This document shows positions 59,795-64,000 of a stretch of 64,000 nt of DNA, in pieces. Numbering within the stretch: position 1 is the stretch's first letter; each line of letters starts with the position of its first letter. The stretch is from the human T2T-CHM13v2.0 reference genome, Homo sapiens. The stretch lies in NCBI RefSeq assembly GCF_009914755.1, contig NC_060938.1. One strand, given 5' to 3'. Under the pieces are notes generated by a model. That model made no database searches. It had not been told where the DNA came from and saw only the letters and a program-made list of their open reading frames with translations. The position numbers were made by a program, and so were the translations under genes.

Positions 59795-60045
59795 CACACA
59801 TGCACACTCAACACACAGGTGCACACACACAGGTGCACACACACACTCTCACACAGGTGCACACACACTCTCTCACATACACAGGTGCACACACACTCAC
59901 ACACACAGGTGCACACACACTCTCACATACACAGGTGCACACACACAGGTGCACACACACTCAGACACAGGTGCACACACAGGCATGCATTTGCATATGT
60001 GTGTTCAGACACACACTCACACAGGGACACACACACAAACCCCCA
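59795..60045. repeat. (CA)n-derived repeat with eight CAGGTGCACAC units
   Basis: CAGGTG at 59816, 59830, 59854, 59882, 59906, 59932, 59946 and 59968. Confidence 0.9.
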
Positions 60046-60504
60046 CACATGGCTCCAGGCCAGCCAGGAGCATGGGTGGCCACAGGCCCGGACCCCTGGG
60101 CCATCTTACTGCTGTGAGACCCCAAGCAGGCTGCCTCAAGTCTCTGGGCTGGGCTCCCTCAGGGCAAGACGGGGGTGTGGACCGGACCCACGGGGCCCGA
60201 TGCCATGTGCAAACTGCTCAGAGGTCCTGGGGGCATCTTCCCAGCTGCAGCTGTGGGCTCCAGCTCTGGCCTGGGCACAAGGCTTGCCTCGGCCTCAGCC
60301 AGGCAGCTCCTGTCAATCCTCCACCTTCAGAGAGAGCAGTTCCATCGTCAGCAGAGCCCCTTCCTTCGGCTTTGAGGCAGGCAGGCTCTGAGGTTGCTGT
60401 CCTCTGGCCTCTGTGACTTCACTCGAAAAACGGGTCCTTCCAGCCCAAAATGTCTGCATGGGAAGATTATCTTTTCTTAGAATTGCTTTTTTTTTTTTTT
60501 GCAT

Positions 60505-62930
60505 AAAAAAATCTTAATATACATATCCAAAAAATGCACTGTCTGGTGTTCAGTTCTACAGGTTTTGACAAATGCACAATCACGTCATCCACTCCCACAG
60601 TCACGATTCAGAACAGTCTCGTCACCCTCAAATCCCCCTGTGCTGCCCCCATCCCCAACCCCTGCAACCACCAATCTATTTTCCTTCTCTCTAGCTTTGC
60701 TTTTTCTGGAATGTCATATTAATGTAATTAATCAATCAACCAATATGCAGTTTAGTCAATGCATTTAATTAATGCAATTAATCAATTAATATGCACAATA
60801 ATGCTTATTAGTACAGATAGTAACCTTTTGAATCTGGTTTCTTTCACAAAGAAAAATGCATTGGAGACTCATGCATGACATTTGAATTGATGGCCTCTTC
60901 CTTTTTGTTGCTGAATAGTATTCCATTCCACCCATGGGCTGCAGGTTTGATCTACTCACCGACTGAAGAACAGTGGATTTGCTTCCAGTTTTTTTTTTTT
61001 TTTTTTTTTTTTTTTTATTGATAATTCTTGGGTGTTTCTCACAGAGGGGGATTTGGCAGGGTCATGGGACAATAGTGGAGGGAAGGTCAGCAGATAAACA
61101 AGTGAACAAAGGTCTCTGGTTTTCCTAGGCAGAGGACCCTGCGGCCTTCCGCAGTGTTTGTCTCCCTGATTACTTGAGATTAGGGAGTGGTGATGACTCT
61201 TAACGAGCATGCTGCCTTCAAGCATCTGTTTAACAAAGCACATCTTGCACCACCCTTAATCCATTTAACCCTGAGTGGACACAGCACATGTTTCAGAGAG
61301 CACAGGGTTGGGGGTAAGGTCACAGATCAACAGGATCCCAAGGCAGAAGAATTTTTCTTAGTACAGAACAAAATGAAGTCTCCCATGTCTACTTCTTTCT
61401 ACACAGACACGGCAACCATCCGATTTCTCAATCTTTTCCCCACCTTTCCCCCCTTTCTATTCCACAAAACCACCATTGTTATCATGGCCCGTTCTCAATG
61501 AGCTGTTGGGCACACCTCCCAGACGGGGTGGTGGCCGGGCAGAGGGGCTCCTCACTTCCCAGTAGGGGCGGCCAGGCAGAGGCGCCCCTCACCTCCCGGA
61601 CGGGGCGGCTGGCCGGGCGGGGGGCTGACCCCCCCACCTCCCTCCCGGACGGGGCGGCTGCCGGGCGGAGACGCTCCTCACTTCCCAGACGGGGTGGCTG
61701 CCGGGCGGAGGGGCTCCTCACTTCTCAGACGGGGCGGCCGGGCAGAGACGCTCCTCACCTCCCAGACGGGGTCGCGGCCGGGCAGAGGCGCTCCTCACAT
61801 CCCAGATGGGGCGGCGGGGCAGAGGTGCTCCCCACATCTCAGACGATGGGCGGCCGGGCAGAGACGCCCCTCACTTCCTAGATGTGATGGCGGCCGGGAA
61901 GAGGCGCTCCTCACTTCCTAGATGGGATGGCGGCTGGGCGGAGACGCTCCTCACTTTCCAGACTGGGCAGCCAGGCAGAGGGGCTCCCCACATCCCAGAC
62001 GATGGGCGGCCAGGCAGAGACACTCCTCACTTCCCAGACGGGGTGGCGGCCGGGCAGAGGCTGCAATCTCAGCACTTTGGGAGGCCAAGGCAGGCGGCTG
62101 GGAGGTGTAGGTTGTAGTGAGCTGAGATCACGCTACTGCACTCCAGCCTGGGCACCATTGAGCACTGAGTGAACCAGACTCCGTCTGCAATCCCGGCACC
62201 TCGGGAGGCCGAGGCTGGCAGATCACTCGCGATTAGGAGCTGGAGACCAGCCCGGCCAACAAAGCAAAACCCCGTCTCCACCAAAACCAGTCAGGCGTGG
62301 CAGCGCGTGCCTGCAATCGCAGGCACTCGGCAGGCTGAGGCAGGAGAATCAGGCAGGGAGGTTGCAGTGAGCCGAGATGGCAGCAGTACAGTCCAGCTTC
62401 GGCTCCGCATGAGAGGGAGACCGTGGAAAGAGAGGGAGACCGTGGGGAGAGGGAGAGGGAGAGGGAGAGGGAGAGGGAGAGCTGCTTCCAGTTTTTAGTG
62501 ATTATAAATAAAGCTGCTGTGAAGATTTATGTGAGTGGCATTTCTGGGTGAGAAATGGCCAATTTCTTTTCCACAACGGCTGCACCATTTTGCATTCTCA
62601 CCAGCAGTAGATGAGAATTTCTCGTGCTTCACATCTGTGTCAGCATGTGGCATTGTCATTTTACTTGTGTGATTATGTTTTAGCCATTTCGTGACTGTGC
62701 GATGGGATGGCATCGTGCTTTCAATCTGCACTCGCCTAATGAGAAATTATGTTGAGCGTCTTCTCATGTTCTTATCTGCCATCTGTATACCTTCTGTGGC
62801 GCTCTGTTTGCGTGGCTGTGCAATGGGATGGCATTGCGTTTAATCTACACTCGCCTAACGAGAAATTACGTGGCGCGTCTTTTCATGTTCGTATCTGCCG
62901 TCTGTATACCTTCTGTGACTCTGTTTCTTC
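60505..62930 (-). mobile_element. Old L1M fragment hosting the SVA
   Basis: L1 3'UTR/ORF2-like text continues across the SVA TSD (gctgaatagtattccatt ... gcttccagtttttagtgattataaataaagctgctgtg). Confidence 0.7.
60994..62482 (-). mobile_element. Full-length SVA retrotransposon (about 1.5 kb), inserted into an old L1
   Basis: (CCCTCT)n head at about 62425-62480, Alu-like region, GC-rich VNTR at about 61510-62060, SINE-R, and poly(A) as a T-run near 60989-61016; 14-bp TSD TGCTTCCAGTTTTT (60980-60993 and 62483-62496). Confidence 0.96.
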
Positions 62931-63132
62931 AGATCTTTAGCCTTTTTTTTTCCTTTCCTTTTCTCTTCCTCTCTTTTTCTTTTTTGAGACAGTCTCACTC
63001 TGTCTCCCGGGCTGGAATGCAGTAGTGCAATCATAGCTCACTGTAACCTGCAATTCCTGGGCTTCAGCAATCCTTCCACCTCAGCCTCCCAAGAAGGTAG
63101 GACTACAGGCACATGCTACCATGCCCAGCTAA

Positions 63133-63572
<440 letters not shown>

Positions 63573-64000
63573 TAGCCCATTTTTAAACTGGGTTTTTTTT
63601 TTTTTATTGTTCAGTTCTGAATTCTTTATATATTCTGAATGGAAGTCCTTTATCTGATAAATGATCTGAAAATTTTCCACCAGTCTGTGGTAATTATTAT
63701 CTTTTAAATCTGCAACTTGGCCTTTTTTTGTTCATATTATTTGTGTCTTTCCTTTCTTTGCTCCTTCTTCCCAGAACTGTTGATCCATTTTGTTGGATAA
63801 TTTTTTTCGAAGAACCAATTTTTGTCTTCATTGTTCTTCTCTATTGCATCTTTGCTATTTCATTGATTTCTGATCTTATTTTTATCTCCATTTTCTCAAC
63901 TTTCTGGGCTTACACTGTTTTTGCTTTTGTTTACCTCCCAACTTCCTCTTTTTAAAATTCATTTTTTAAAATTTAAGGTATAATTTACATACAGTGCAAT

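Overview
Human-type (primate) genomic DNA, GC-rich and very Alu-dense. From the GPR132 protein and recalled gene order it is most likely subtelomeric 14q32.33. The only complete protein-coding gene is GPR132 (G2A, class A GPCR) on the minus strand. Its exons can be rebuilt from splice signals: exon 1 ending at 47935, exon 2 39838-39725, exon 3 38724-37945, and the last exon from 34660 to about 31950. These give a 380-aa isoform ([15 protein letters not shown]...) or a 371-aa isoform (MPGNAT...). A CpG island at about 2.8-4.2 kb holds a minus-strand non-coding first exon with E2F, CHR and CCAAT elements, probably CDCA4. The rest is mostly retroelements: a nested ERV1 cluster (MER4, MER41A, LTR2-family), MaLR LTRs, old L1 fragments, a Tigger-type MITE and a full-length SVA. 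Main observations: (1) the start codon and the whole 780-nt exon 3 of the long GPR132 isoform appear to be an exonized, GC-shifted L1MB fragment, with an AUG-UGA-AUG start-stop element; (2) exon 2 looks like the decayed ancestral start exon; (3) a 50-bp-arm hairpin pairs fully only on the intron-sense strand; (4) a CpG-gaining 31-bp minisatellite has arisen inside an ERV; (5) an orphan CpG island carries co-oriented CTCF motifs and a consensus IRF site. No prokaryote-type system (CRISPR etc.) is present. Repeat subfamily names are from memory of consensus sequences, not from a database search.
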